Of a stretch of DNA of 43,360 bases, positions 7,785 to 16,669 are shown in pieces. The notes beneath the pieces were generated by a model. It did not search any database. It was not told the origin of the DNA and saw nothing but the letters and a program-made list of their open reading frames with translations. Positions within the stretch are counted from its first letter, which is position 1, and each line of letters begins with the position of its first letter. The stretch lies in the IMG/VR virus record IMGVR_UViG_3300024254_000005, positions 1 through 43,360 of that record; one strand, given 5' to 3'. The DNA is from a virus (taxonomy: Duplodnaviria; Caudoviricetes). Position numbers and translations under genes: made by a program.

Positions 7785-10009
7785 CCCCAATCCTCCTTCA
7801 TGTCCCAGTCTCGATAGCCATACCTATTCATCCAAACTTGTCGAAGTTGTGATAGCGGCTGCATGTGCCACGAACGGAACCCTTTGACTCGCACAGGCTC
7901 GCAGTCCAGCTCACGCAGGAAGTCTCCGACAACCTTCTCTCCCGCGAGATATTTGGCGCCACTCGGGGCGCGCTCGCGGAAGTCGTCCAGAAGGGCCTTG
8001 GTGGTCGGCAGGTTAGTAGTCCCAGGCAGCTTGAAGCCGGGCAGCGTGCCCTCCTCCAGGAGAGCGTCAAACCACTGCTCTACCGGGTCCATGCTCCGAC
8101 GCTTCTGCTCGAACAGCGCAGCCGTCTCGTAGACTTGTCGAGGGTGCCAGTCCTTCAGGTTCCAGTTCTGCAAGTCATACAGCATCGCTGGGAGGCCCCC
8201 GTTTCCCAGCTCATGGTGAAGATCGTTGAAGTAGGGCGCACGTTCCTTGGGCCGCTTGGAGTAGTAGTCATTGACATTGAACATGGCGTACCTGCGCTCA
8301 TCGATGGAGGCAGGCACGACCCATTGCGAGTTTGCCGTCATGATGATGTGCAGGCGATTGAGCCATTGAACGGCGTCGATGCCTTTCTTCTCTACCATGA
8401 GAACGTTTTCTGTAATGAGTCCTTTGAGTACGCTTTCGCCCTTTTTGTCTCCAGCCCAAAAAGCTTCGTCAACATAAAGGAGGAGGCAGGATCGGAGATG
8501 GCCATTGAAATTTCCTGTGAGGTGACTCTGACTAAATATGTGCAGCGCGTGTTCGCCAAAGACACGGGCAATCGCGTTAGCAAAAAACCCTTTACCCGCT
8601 CCTTTTCCTCCTCGGAACACGAGTGCCACTTCTGGCATAACCCCTGGGTTTTGAATGCTCCAAGCGGTCCAACGAAGAATGTATTCATAGGCTTTGTGAT
8701 CTTGGTTTGCGAGAACGTCATAGATGTGATCCTGGATATGATACCACTCGCCTTGCTTGGGCTGCGTTCCAAACCCGCGCCACAAATTCAGCTCGTTTTT
8801 CTCTGTCACTTCCGGCTTGGCGGGGTCGAGGATGACCGTCTCGTACTGCCGACGCTGCTTGCTCAGTACCCACGCGGCTCCCAAGGGGTAGAGCTTATCT
8901 CCTACTTTCATATGCTGGTTGGAGAACCACGTTTTGAAGTTGTCAGGTGTATAAAGTTCAAGCTGCTTCCCGGTTCCTATCTGGTTAGGGATGAACTCCC
9001 CGACGAGGCACTTGCCGCCCATGTTGCGGATCATGAAGAAACGCTCGTTCACCTTCCCTATCGCATCGTTAACAGGAGACTTATACCCGTGCATGTCAGC
9101 CAGATAACGGAGCGTCCCCAGCGTGATCTTAGGGCCAGGATAGGGGCGTGAGAACGATTCCCAGGCTTTCTGCTGGCCTGCAGAATCAAACTTGCCCGAT
9201 GATTTCGACCATGCATCCCATAGCTCACGGGCTCTAGCACCCCACCCCGTCCAGTGCAGACCAGCTCCAACTTTGAGCCACACGTCGCGATCGTCAGCAG
9301 GTATGCACTGTATCCACTCGATGATCTTGCTTTCTTCGTCTTCGCTCCACGCGGGTGGTGCTCTTGCCGTATCGGGCGCCAGTATGGCTTCGTTGACGCC
9401 GGATCGCGTCGCAACGGCCGGCTGCGGATCGGTCGGTTTGAGTTTGCGTATGGCAAAATCAAGCAGCGCGCCAGGGAGTCCAGGGAGAGCTTTAGTGACG
9501 TGGCACCACTTGTATATTTTTCCAGACGCATGAAGCGACGGCGGGGCGACGACATAGGCACCATCGGATCGAAGCTCCAAGCCCTCTATTTTGTGGGTAG
9601 GGACGACGCCTTGCGAGGGGTATTCAAAGTAAAAGTGCCGGCCTTGTTCACGACCTGTTTCGACAAACCACTCGGAGTCAAGATTTGCGTTGTGTAGACT
9701 AAGGACCCATTGCAGATTTTTCCAACCCACGGCCCCGTCAACGTCGAGCACAATAACGCCGGATATTTTTCCGCAAGCAACGCCAATATTGGCATGGTGG
9801 TATCTGCTCCACCATTCAGCAATCGTTTGCGGATTGTCTGTAGCATTCTTAACTCCATGCGGAACAAGCGCAGCGATCGGGTGTTTCCCCGGTGACTGGC
9901 ACATGGGATTGCCGCATGCGCAGCCACCTTTGACTGGCCACCATAACGGAAGGACGTGCGCGCCGATGCGCGCGAGATGCAGCGCCGCCTGCAGCATCCT
10001 GTCGTCCAT
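7781..10009 (-). CDS. Primase-polymerase with PriCT-2 domain and SF3 (DUF5906/D5-like) helicase
   Basis: CACGNPMCQSPGKHP, VLDVDG, GRHFYF and YVVAPPS; WLKVGAGLH; Walker A GGKGAGKG; LLYVDE. Confidence 0.88.
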   Translation of the reverse strand: MDDRMLQAALHLARIGAHVLPLWWPVKGGCACGNPMCQSPGKHPIAALVPHGVKNATDNPQTIAEWWSRYHHANIGVACGKISGVIVLDVDGAVGWKNLQWVLSLHNANLDSEWFVETGREQGRHFYFEYPSQGVVPTHKIEGLELRSDGAYVVAPPSLHASGKIYKWCHVTKALPGLPGALLDFAIRKLKPTDPQPAVATRSGVNEAILAPDTARAPPAWSEDEESKIIEWIQCIPADDRDVWLKVGAGLHWTGWGARARELWDAWSKSSGKFDSAGQQKAWESFSRPYPGPKITLGTLRYLADMHGYKSPVNDAIGKVNERFFMIRNMGGKCLVGEFIPNQIGTGKQLELYTPDNFKTWFSNQHMKVGDKLYPLGAAWVLSKQRRQYETVILDPAKPEVTEKNELNLWRGFGTQPKQGEWYHIQDHIYDVLANQDHKAYEYILRWTAWSIQNPGVMPEVALVFRGGKGAGKGFFANAIARVFGEHALHIFSQSHLTGNFNGHLRSCLLLYVDEAFWAGDKKGESVLKGLITENVLMVEKKGIDAVQWLNRLHIIMTANSQWVVPASIDERRYAMFNVNDYYSKRPKERAPYFNDLHHELGNGGLPAMLYDLQNWNLKDWHPRQVYETAALFEQKRRSMDPVEQWFDALLEEGTLPGFKLPGTTNLPTTKALLDDFRERAPSGAKYLAGEKVVGDFLRELDCEPVRVKGFRSWHMQPLSQLRQVWMNRYGYRDWDMKEDWG

Positions 10010-10013
10010 TGTG

Positions 10014-10424
10014 CTATGCCGCGCGAACCCCGAAGCGGGCTCGCAGCTCCGCTTCGTTATCATCGATCAATTTGAGAAGTTCGGGCAGCCGATCAATGGG
10101 CGGTTTCTTCTGCCGCGACAGGAACGTCAGGAGTATGTTGATCGATGCGTTGAGGTTTCGGTTGTGGACGGCGAATTTTGGGTCCGTTGGGGCGATGTCG
10201 ATCGCCAACAGCCTTTGCAGTTGCACGATGGCGAGCTGATACAGGTGATCGAGATCGTGCGGGCTTAGCTCCGGTTCGTCCAGCTTTTTTGACCAGTTTT
10301 CGACGTTTTCCAGGGCGTCCGTTTCGACCTGCTCCATTGGCTGCACGTTTGCCTGCAGCCTTTGAAACTCCGCGAACTGTCGTGTCAGCTCCTCCCGGCT
10401 TGGCCTCGTGTCGTCGTAGTGCAT
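10014..10424 (-). CDS. Hypothetical helical protein
   Basis: GGAGAG RBS; ends just upstream of the primase ATG. Confidence 0.6.
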   Translation of the reverse strand: MHYDDTRPSREELTRQFAEFQRLQANVQPMEQVETDALENVENWSKKLDEPELSPHDLDHLYQLAIVQLQRLLAIDIAPTDPKFAVHNRNLNASINILLTFLSRQKKPPIDRLPELLKLIDDNEAELRARFGVRAA

Positions 10425-10689
10425 TGAGTCTCTCCATGACGTGCTTCGCCCGTTCCTTGTCGTTCATCTGGGGCGGGATGGGGAAACCCATCCGATCACG
10501 GATCGCCTTCTCGAGCAAGGCAAGTCGGTTGAAGGCGCGCACGCCACGAAAGCCCCTGGGGTCGCGCCCCGTAGTCCACGTCTGCACAGTCGGACGAGTG
10601 CGCTCGAACCACAGGGCGAGGTTTGAGACCGTCAGTTCTCCCGCGAGCATCGCCTTGTTGAGGCGATCGGAGAAAGAAAGTTGCTTCAT
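10093..10689 (-). CDS. Putative HTH DNA-binding protein with long overlapping C-terminal tail
   Basis: LTVSNLALWFERTRPTVQTW resembles an HTH; AAGGA RBS. Confidence 0.55.
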   Translation of the reverse strand: MKQLSFSDRLNKAMLAGELTVSNLALWFERTRPTVQTWTTGRDPRGFRGVRAFNRLALLEKAIRDRMGFPIPPQMNDKERAKHVMERLNALRRHEAKPGGADTTVRGVSKAAGKRAANGAGRNGRPGKRRKLVKKAGRTGAKPARSRSPVSARHRATAKAVGDRHRPNGPKIRRPQPKPQRIDQHTPDVPVAAEETAH

Positions 10690-10853
10690 AGGTTTGTTTT
10701 CCTTTCGGAGATTTCTTCCTCAATTTGCAAAGCCATAAGTTCCGTGGCTTTTTTCAACAGGGGAAGAGTAAATGGGGCGATAGTTATCGAATCCGAAAGA
10801 ACTTTTTCGGGGTCCGATTTAAGTGTGAAGGAGTACCTAAGTACCGCGTCCAT
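10686..10853 (-). CDS. 55-aa hypothetical protein (not in ORF track)
   Basis: MDAVLRYSFTLK...ERKTNL; AAGGA RBS; ATGA overlap with next gene. Confidence 0.6.
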   Translation of the reverse strand: MDAVLRYSFTLKSDPEKVLSDSITIAPFTLPLLKKATELMALQIEEEISERKTNL

Positions 10854-10877
10854 AGGTTTGTTTTCCTTTTGTAAAAG

Positions 10878-10941
10878 TCACTAAGCCTTACCCATTAAGG
10901 AACGGTAAGCTCGACCATCGAGGGCTTTCGCCGCTTAGTGA
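10878..10941 (-). ncRNA. Candidate cis-regulatory four-way-junction RNA
   Basis: Four perfect helices (9, 3, 5 and 6 bp) with no unpaired junction bases; GAAA tetraloop on the sense strand. Confidence 0.6.
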
Positions 10942-10946
10942 TCTCG

Positions 10947-12245
10947 TTATCGGCGCGGCGGCATCCGCATCGCCGCCTGCAGAGCCTCCGCAACCTGCGG
11001 AGGGGGAGGGGGCGCCCCAGCCATCCCGTACTGAGGAGATACGGCTGGCTGGGGCTGGACCGGCTGCGGGGACACAGGGGGGGCTGCGTTAACAGCCGGC
11101 CGTCTCAGGAACTCGGGGATGTCAGGCATGCCCGGCGACGCGGCTACGGGCGCCGCTGGCGTCGGAGGAGAGAACTGAGGCGCCTGAGTAGTGGGCGGGG
11201 CGGCAAGCTGCTCAGGCTGCTTCTTTGGGCGCCCAGAGCGCTTAGGGGCCTCCTGCACAGGTGCGGTCTGCGTGAGAACGTTCGGGACGACTTGTGGTTG
11301 GTGCTGCATGGGCGCAAAAGAGTTGCCTTCCTTCCGCACAGGCATATTGCCAGGATTAAACGCGGGGCCTGGATGAATTCCGACCTGTAATCCTGGAGGC
11401 TGTGCTTGTGGTCCTGGTGCCTGCGCACCCATTGCGTTCAATTGCGGGTATGGGTTTGGCGCTGCCTGCGGCGCAAGCTGCGCGTATTGCGCCCGAAGCC
11501 CGATCGCTTGCTTGACGATCTCCGGATCGGCTGGCACATCGTTCAATCCAACCGCTGCCACGTCAAGCTGCTGGTCGTAAATGTAGTCGATCATCTGCAG
11601 GGTGTAGGCGTCGTCGGCCCAGCCCACGGGCTCGAATTTGAGGCGGGGGTGTGACGCTTTATCATCGAACGACAGGCGTGTAATCATGTCGCCAATGTCT
11701 ACCTTGCGCTGCCCACCCGTCGCCTGCTGAGACAGGAATTTTGCGTAATCCTTCATGGCTTTTAGCGAGTCCGGCGGAACTTGCAGCTCGTACACGTTCA
11801 CTGCGGAGTTGCCGGGGATGATGAAGGCGAGCTTCTTACGGTCAGAACACGCCTTGCTGCCCTTGCCTGTCTGCGGATTGATCTTGCTATTCATCTGGTT
11901 GTGCGGGCACGTCGAACACAATGGGGACTGCGGCCGCAGCGCGTTCAAGCTGGGACCGATCCCGTTGTCGCTATAACAGGCCGGGGGGTCTCCGCTATCG
12001 GGGTTGTAAGAACCTTCGAAATAGAGCTTCGAATCCTTCGGATTGGCCCGGATAATCACCACGTCAAGATAAAGATTGGGAACAAGTGTCTCGACGCCAT
12101 TGGCATCGATCAGCCGAAACCGGGCGGCACGAATAGAACAATGTGCCCCACGGGAAATGCCAAGCCCTTGCGTGGCGTCTTCACTGACTGAAACCCGACG
12201 TTGGCGGGAGGCCAGCACTTCCGGTAGTCCTGCTTGTGCGTTCAT
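10947..12245 (-). CDS. Putative ssDNA-binding/annealing protein with long Pro/Gln/Ala-rich tail
   Basis: PACYSDNG, CSTCPHN and GKGSKACSD pattern typical of phage replication-module proteins; context next to helicase and primase. Confidence 0.55.
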   Translation of the reverse strand: MNAQAGLPEVLASRQRRVSVSEDATQGLGISRGAHCSIRAARFRLIDANGVETLVPNLYLDVVIIRANPKDSKLYFEGSYNPDSGDPPACYSDNGIGPSLNALRPQSPLCSTCPHNQMNSKINPQTGKGSKACSDRKKLAFIIPGNSAVNVYELQVPPDSLKAMKDYAKFLSQQATGGQRKVDIGDMITRLSFDDKASHPRLKFEPVGWADDAYTLQMIDYIYDQQLDVAAVGLNDVPADPEIVKQAIGLRAQYAQLAPQAAPNPYPQLNAMGAQAPGPQAQPPGLQVGIHPGPAFNPGNMPVRKEGNSFAPMQHQPQVVPNVLTQTAPVQEAPKRSGRPKKQPEQLAAPPTTQAPQFSPPTPAAPVAASPGMPDIPEFLRRPAVNAAPPVSPQPVQPQPAVSPQYGMAGAPPPPPQVAEALQAAMRMPPRR

Positions 12246-12418
12246 TTTTTACCTTTCTCCGTAGGAGCAACTTGTTTGGCAGCTTCAAGAAACAGCATGA
12301 TGTCATTTAAGTGGCCAATGAATTCGCGCTGTTTTGTTTTTGGTAGGGCTTGGAACAGTTCATTGACGACTTCTACTATTTCCGAAGCCTCCTCTTTTGT
12401 GAAATCTCCTTGGGGCAT
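12242..12418 (-). CDS. Hypothetical protein (58 aa)
   Basis: AAGGA RBS; ATGA overlap with next gene. Confidence 0.55.
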   Translation of the reverse strand: MPQGDFTKEEASEIVEVVNELFQALPKTKQREFIGHLNDIMLFLEAAKQVAPTEKGKK

Positions 12419-12423
12419 GGCCG

Positions 12424-12861
12424 TCACTTCCTTATATTGCACCTTCGCCAATACTCGATCATCACGCCAGGAGGCGGCTCACCCCCCGACTTGTCGAGGT
12501 AGTCCTTTACGGGATCAAGGAGAACGCCGATATCCAACATGCCCCACACGTCGTGTTCCCTGACATGCTCCAACAAAGCATCGCGATTGTCAACCTTGGG
12601 CTTTAGACCAGTGCTGATGTAGGCAGTACCTTCGTCGGTCTTGATGTTTTGCGCGCCCTGCTCGTCCATCTTCAGCAGGACGAAATTCTTGATGGTGTCC
12701 ATGGCCGACGTGTAGGGCTTCATTGCCTCGGCTTGTTCCTTGGCAAGTGCTTCAGCGTCGGTTTTGAGCGCTCGGAACTGCTTGATAAGTTCCTCCATGG
12801 TGTAGGGAACTTGTGATGTATCAGGGTCTTTTTGATGGTTTTCAGCGTACACATCAGCCAT
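12424..12861 (-). CDS. Phage replication-module protein with coiled-coil N-terminus
   Basis: IKTDEGTAY and PPPGV motifs; GAGG RBS. Confidence 0.65.
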   Translation of the reverse strand: MADVYAENHQKDPDTSQVPYTMEELIKQFRALKTDAEALAKEQAEAMKPYTSAMDTIKNFVLLKMDEQGAQNIKTDEGTAYISTGLKPKVDNRDALLEHVREHDVWGMLDIGVLLDPVKDYLDKSGGEPPPGVMIEYWRRCNIRK

Positions 12862-13051
12862 TATCACCCCCTCTTTTAAGGTCTTTAGCTAGTATAGCGC
12901 GCAACCGGGCGACTTCTTCAAGAGCCTTGTTACGCTGGTCAACTACTTCGTAATAGCATTGTCGTACCGTGGAAAGGTCTTCACGAAGGCTAGCTATTTG
13001 CACTTCTAGTTGTCGAATTAAAATGTATGGTTTATCTTCAGTTGCTACCAT
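12854..13051 (-). CDS. Small coiled-coil protein
   Basis: GAGGGG RBS; overlaps both neighbours. Confidence 0.55.
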   Translation of the reverse strand: MVATEDKPYILIRQLEVQIASLREDLSTVRQCYYEVVDQRNKALEEVARLRAILAKDLKRGGDNG

Positions 13052-14723
13052 TTCCGTCCCCCTCTTTCGCAAGCCCCAGTATGAGGCCCTGCATGTTCTG
13101 ATTGGCGCTCAAGCGCCGGTAGATTTCCCGCTCAACAGGGGTAGAAGCAAGTCGTACAATTGTCGTATGTAATTGCTGTCCTGGGCGATCAATGCGTCGA
13201 TTGGCTTGGAGGTAGATTTCAGTTCGATCTGTAGGACCGTACCAGACCACGACAGACGCAGCAAAGAGATCGAGTCCGTGTGACATGGTGCCGGGGTCCG
13301 CATAGAGTATATTCGGTGCACTTCCTTCAGATTGGAAGCGTCTAAAAATATCATCCCTATCTTTGGGGTCTGGGAAGTCAACCCCCGTAATGAACTCGCA
13401 TGAGAATCGGTCATTGGTTCCTAGCTCCCCGTCCTTTTTCCACCATTTCAATCCTTGCGCATAGAGCATGCGTACCACACTTGTCAAGGATGAAAAAACC
13501 AACACCTTCGTTGGCGCTTCGTCCAGCACAGCCTTAAGCTCTGCGATGCGGGGCTTGCAGTCAATGTAATGAGCAAAATGCTCTCCGTCATACACTGCCC
13601 CGGAGCTGATTTGAATCAGTTTGGTACGCAGCGCAGCTTCATGTGGGACGGTCAATTGCTTACCTTGCCCAAGTCTAAGGACCAGCTCGCGCTTCAGCTC
13701 GTTGTACTTCTCTTTCTGTTCGGCGCTGAGAGCTACGTCGCGGGTCTCCTCCGTGCAGGGAGGAACATCGGTGCAGTCGCGCATCTGGAACCGGATGGAC
13801 GGTTGTAAGAGCTTATGAGCCTCTATGTGCGCGCCCGGTTTCGGCGCCCATTTGAAGTTGGTGACCTGCACCATTATTCTTTTTTTGTAGGACGTGTAGG
13901 GCTCTCCGAAAGCTCCATTAACGAGTCTCGCAAGTCCATGAGCGTCGAGAGGACCATTACTAGTTGGCGTGCCAGTAAGAGGCCACAGGTAGGGTTTATC
14001 TTGAAAAATGGCCCGAGCCACACGCGACCGTCTCGAAGTTCCGTTTCTAAACGCCGAAGCTTCGTCAACAATGGCGATATTGATGTCCTGTCTATTTTTG
14101 ATTCCCCACGGGACCGTGTGTTCTTTGAGGACGATTCTGTTTTTCGTGTCATATTCAATCCCCACGCAAAGTCCGTCATGGTTGATGATGTAGAAGTCTA
14201 CGTCAGTGTCCAGCGCTCGCATGCGCGCGTCAGGTGTGCCGTGAACGATCTTGCACTTGCGCCGGCCCATGAAGTGCGTGAACAGCGCATCGGCCCATAC
14301 CCGACGCATGATGGAGAGCGGGCAGACGATCAAGGCTTTCTGGCCAGGGTTGCGCTTCATGATGAAGTCGGCGGCCCATAGGCTTGCCAGCGTCTTCATC
14401 GTCCCCATGTCGCTGAGATTAAAGCTGCGGGGGTGCAGCACCATGAAGTTGGTCATGATACGCTGGTGTTCCCGCGGATAGTATGGCGCGCGGATCGGCC
14501 AGTCGTAGTTCTCGTCCGTCACCGGGGGCAGCACAGGAAGGCGCAGGAGCCGAAGCTTCTGCATGTTCTCCAGCGTGGCCTCGACTGCGATGTCGCCAAA
14601 GGAGTGACTGTTGGGCCGCGTGACCTGGATTGCGTTCGTATACTTAAACGCGAAGTCCTGCGTCTGCATGGGCAGATTGGGGTAGACCAGCATATTGCTG
14701 GGCTTGTCGTACCAGAAAGTCAT
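13038..14723 (-). CDS. SNF2-family DNA helicase/ATPase
   Basis: DMGTMKT, IVDEAS, LTGTP, HGLDL and QANRRIDRPGQ motifs. Confidence 0.9.
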   Translation of the reverse strand: MTFWYDKPSNMLVYPNLPMQTQDFAFKYTNAIQVTRPNSHSFGDIAVEATLENMQKLRLLRLPVLPPVTDENYDWPIRAPYYPREHQRIMTNFMVLHPRSFNLSDMGTMKTLASLWAADFIMKRNPGQKALIVCPLSIMRRVWADALFTHFMGRRKCKIVHGTPDARMRALDTDVDFYIINHDGLCVGIEYDTKNRIVLKEHTVPWGIKNRQDINIAIVDEASAFRNGTSRRSRVARAIFQDKPYLWPLTGTPTSNGPLDAHGLARLVNGAFGEPYTSYKKRIMVQVTNFKWAPKPGAHIEAHKLLQPSIRFQMRDCTDVPPCTEETRDVALSAEQKEKYNELKRELVLRLGQGKQLTVPHEAALRTKLIQISSGAVYDGEHFAHYIDCKPRIAELKAVLDEAPTKVLVFSSLTSVVRMLYAQGLKWWKKDGELGTNDRFSCEFITGVDFPDPKDRDDIFRRFQSEGSAPNILYADPGTMSHGLDLFAASVVVWYGPTDRTEIYLQANRRIDRPGQQLHTTIVRLASTPVEREIYRRLSANQNMQGLILGLAKEGDGNGSN

Positions 14724-14797
14724 TTGCACCACACTAAAAACAAACCTGCTAAACACAAGGTGTTTATAAGCCACCACACAGCTTCATTTTCAGTCAT
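14720..14797 (-). CDS. 25-aa hydrophobic peptide
   Basis: MTENEAVWWLINTLCLAGLFLVWCK; ATGA overlaps at both ends. Confidence 0.5.
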   Translation of the reverse strand: MTENEAVWWLINTLCLAGLFLVWCK

Positions 14798-15099
14798 AGT
14801 GTCGAAGCCCACAAATTAAAGTACGTGCGGATACGCTCGATGTTATCTCCCCAAAGGGCCAACCCACCCGCAGCCATGATCTTTTGTATAATCACTGTCT
14901 GCCGTTCGGTCGGCATTTCTACGGGCCGCTTGGTCTCGATCGCGAAGAATCGGCCCTTGTAGCATCCCAGGAAGTCGAGCGTTGCAGCCTGCATCCCGGT
15001 CGGCACGGGCATGAAGTACCACGCGCCGGCTTCATCGAGCATGTTCTTCACTTCGACCTTGAGCTTGCGCTCGGTGCGGGGGTGCTTGAAAGTTTTCAT
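14794..15099 (-). CDS. VRR-NUC (PD-D/ExK) nuclease, possible resolvase
   Basis: TERKLK, LDFLGC..GRFFAIETK and PTERQ. Confidence 0.82.
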   Translation of the reverse strand: MKTFKHPRTERKLKVEVKNMLDEAGAWYFMPVPTGMQAATLDFLGCYKGRFFAIETKRPVEMPTERQTVIIQKIMAAGGLALWGDNIERIRTYFNLWASTL

Positions 15100-15425
15100 G
15101 TGGTAGGCTTCATTGGAAAGGTGATGACGTTGGGATTGCCGCTCGCCTGCGGCAGGTTGGCAGCTCGGAAAATGAACATGGCTTTGACTTCGGATGCTGG
15201 GAAATAGCCCTCCCCGTTGGCTATGATGACGTAGCCATCTTCGTGCATTTTATCCACGAATTTTTCAAGGGAGAAATCTGGTCCAATCACGGAGTCGGAA
15301 TAACCGCCATTGAAAAAGATGCGAAGCATGCGTTGCGGTTGATCGTTCATAGAAATCTCCAGGCTATGTATGCAATAACCATCCATATGACATACGACAC
15401 TGCGAACCCATGTTGTATGTTTCAT
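15096..15425 (-). CDS. Hypothetical protein
   Basis: ATGA overlap with VRR-NUC gene; start uncertain. Confidence 0.5.
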   Translation of the reverse strand: MKHTTWVRSVVCHMDGYCIHSLEISMNDQPQRMLRIFFNGGYSDSVIGPDFSLEKFVDKMHEDGYVIIANGEGYFPASEVKAMFIFRAANLPQASGNPNVITFPMKPTT

Positions 15426-15451
15426 ATACGCAGTTGTCTAAGCGCCTTCAT

Positions 15452-15550
15452 TTACATCCTCACTATATAGTTCATCCCTAAAACAAAGAGAACAACAGCA
15501 AACACAAGGCTTACTAGAACAAAAGCCATGGGCCAATTAAAGTCGTCCAT
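15452..15550 (-). CDS. 32-aa single-TM peptide
   Basis: MDDFNWPMAFVLVSLVFAVVLFVLGM; starts right after the exonuclease stop. Confidence 0.5.
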   Translation of the reverse strand: MDDFNWPMAFVLVSLVFAVVLFVLGMNYIVRM

Positions 15551-15551
15551 T

Positions 15552-16211
15552 TTATTTCCCCACCGTATTGTATTCGCAGTCTTTAACGGGGCAGAACCCA
15601 CAGAGAGGGTTAGGTCGCTTGGGCCAATCCTTCTTTTCCTCAAACTGCTTCATCTGCACCCACTTGTTACGCAATGTAATAAAGGTGTCGTCAGGATGCA
15701 AGGTATACCTTTGTCCAGGACGACCCTCTGCGAACCAGTAGTATTCCCCGACGATTGGGTCGAGCCTTGGATGGTTCGTCTTCAGCAGGAGCGCTTGGCA
15801 CTCCAGCTCGAAACGATCCTCGCGAACCTTCCCCGTTTTCCAATCGATGATCCATGCCCCACTGGTCGGGGTCATGCAAGCCACGTCCAGCTTGCCCCGG
15901 AACCACGCAGCTTTGTCGTCATAGGCGCACGGTCTATCCATCGTCATGGCGAGCTTGTACTCGACACGCAAAGGGTAGGTGTCGGGCATGTTGCGGAACA
16001 AGTCCACGAGCGCCTGCGCCGACTCCCATTCCTCGGGTAACGGCATGTCCTTGCCTATGGCGTTCTCCATGGCGACGTGCATGCGCGTGCCCTTGTGCTG
16101 CGCCTCGGACTTCTCCTCATAGGGCAAGTCCTTCTTTATATACTTCCTCCATGCCTTGTGCGGGCAGTTGTCGAAGTCGTTGTAGAAGCTATAGGAGGGG
16201 ATGAAGGTCAT
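15552..16211 (-). CDS. Cas4/RecB-like PD-(D/E)XK exonuclease with Cys (Fe-S) clamp
   Basis: N-terminal CP, GTRMH, GKLDV, IIDWKTG, C-terminal CGFCPVKDC. Confidence 0.85.
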   Translation of the reverse strand: MTFIPSYSFYNDFDNCPHKAWRKYIKKDLPYEEKSEAQHKGTRMHVAMENAIGKDMPLPEEWESAQALVDLFRNMPDTYPLRVEYKLAMTMDRPCAYDDKAAWFRGKLDVACMTPTSGAWIIDWKTGKVREDRFELECQALLLKTNHPRLDPIVGEYYWFAEGRPGQRYTLHPDDTFITLRNKWVQMKQFEEKKDWPKRPNPLCGFCPVKDCEYNTVGK

Positions 16212-16369
16212 CTTTCTACCTCATATATTAACATTTGCTGATCGTACAACTCAGTACAGACACCCCCAGGAGTAACCAGCATAATTTTAGTTATCCTTTC
16301 TCCTTCTCGTACCTCTTTCGCATCACGAAGTATTTCTTTCAAGCGTCGAACTGAAAATTGCCCGGTCAT
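16208..16369 (-). CDS. 53-aa hypothetical protein
   Basis: MTGQFSVRRLKE...YEVER; ATGA overlaps at both ends. Confidence 0.5.
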   Translation of the reverse strand: MTGQFSVRRLKEILRDAKEVREGERITKIMLVTPGGVCTELYDQQMLIYEVER

Positions 16370-16515
16370 GGCCATACATTCCAATGTTTAAGGGCACATC
16401 GAGCAGCGGCTAAAATTGCAACTGCAATGGCAATTTCAATTGCAAACCCCCCAATTGTAAGCCAGTTCGTAGGTTCAGTAGTTAATGTAAGATTAACCGG
16501 ATAGTTAGCTGTCAT
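16366..16515 (-). CDS. 49-aa single-TM peptide
   Basis: AAGGAG RBS; GGFAIEIAIAVAILAAA. Confidence 0.55.
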   Translation of the reverse strand: MTANYPVNLTLTTEPTNWLTIGGFAIEIAIAVAILAAARCALKHWNVWP

Positions 16516-16549
16516 TTTTATACTCCTTTCGCGTAGGTGGGGATGGAGG

Positions 16550-16669
16550 TCATAGGAATACCCCAAGCAATACAGAAACAACCAGAACTGCCATTGCCGC
16601 AATAGCAGCTACAAGTAGCGCTTGGGTAAAAACAGGCGTGTAAGGATTGTTAAACCAAGACATTTTCAT
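16550..16669 (-). CDS. 39-aa single-TM peptide
   Basis: ATGA overlap with polymerase stop; ALLVAAIAAMAVLVVSVLLGVFL. Confidence 0.55.
   Translation of the reverse strand: MKMSWFNNPYTPVFTQALLVAAIAAMAVLVVSVLLGVFL

Noticed and set aside
7865-9151. 428-aa plus-strand ORF, and similar long antisense ORFs opposite the portal, capsid, fibre and ATP-grasp genes
   Set aside because: Antisense shadows of motif-bearing genes in GC-rich DNA; no motifs or RBS of their own.
10878-10941. Four-way junction as a tRNA or hammerhead ribozyme
   Set aside because: No T-loop, D-loop or CCA features and no CUGAUGA core.
15552-16211. Cas4-like gene as evidence of a CRISPR system
   Set aside because: No repeat-spacer array or other cas genes; stand-alone Cas4-like exonucleases are common in phage replication modules.
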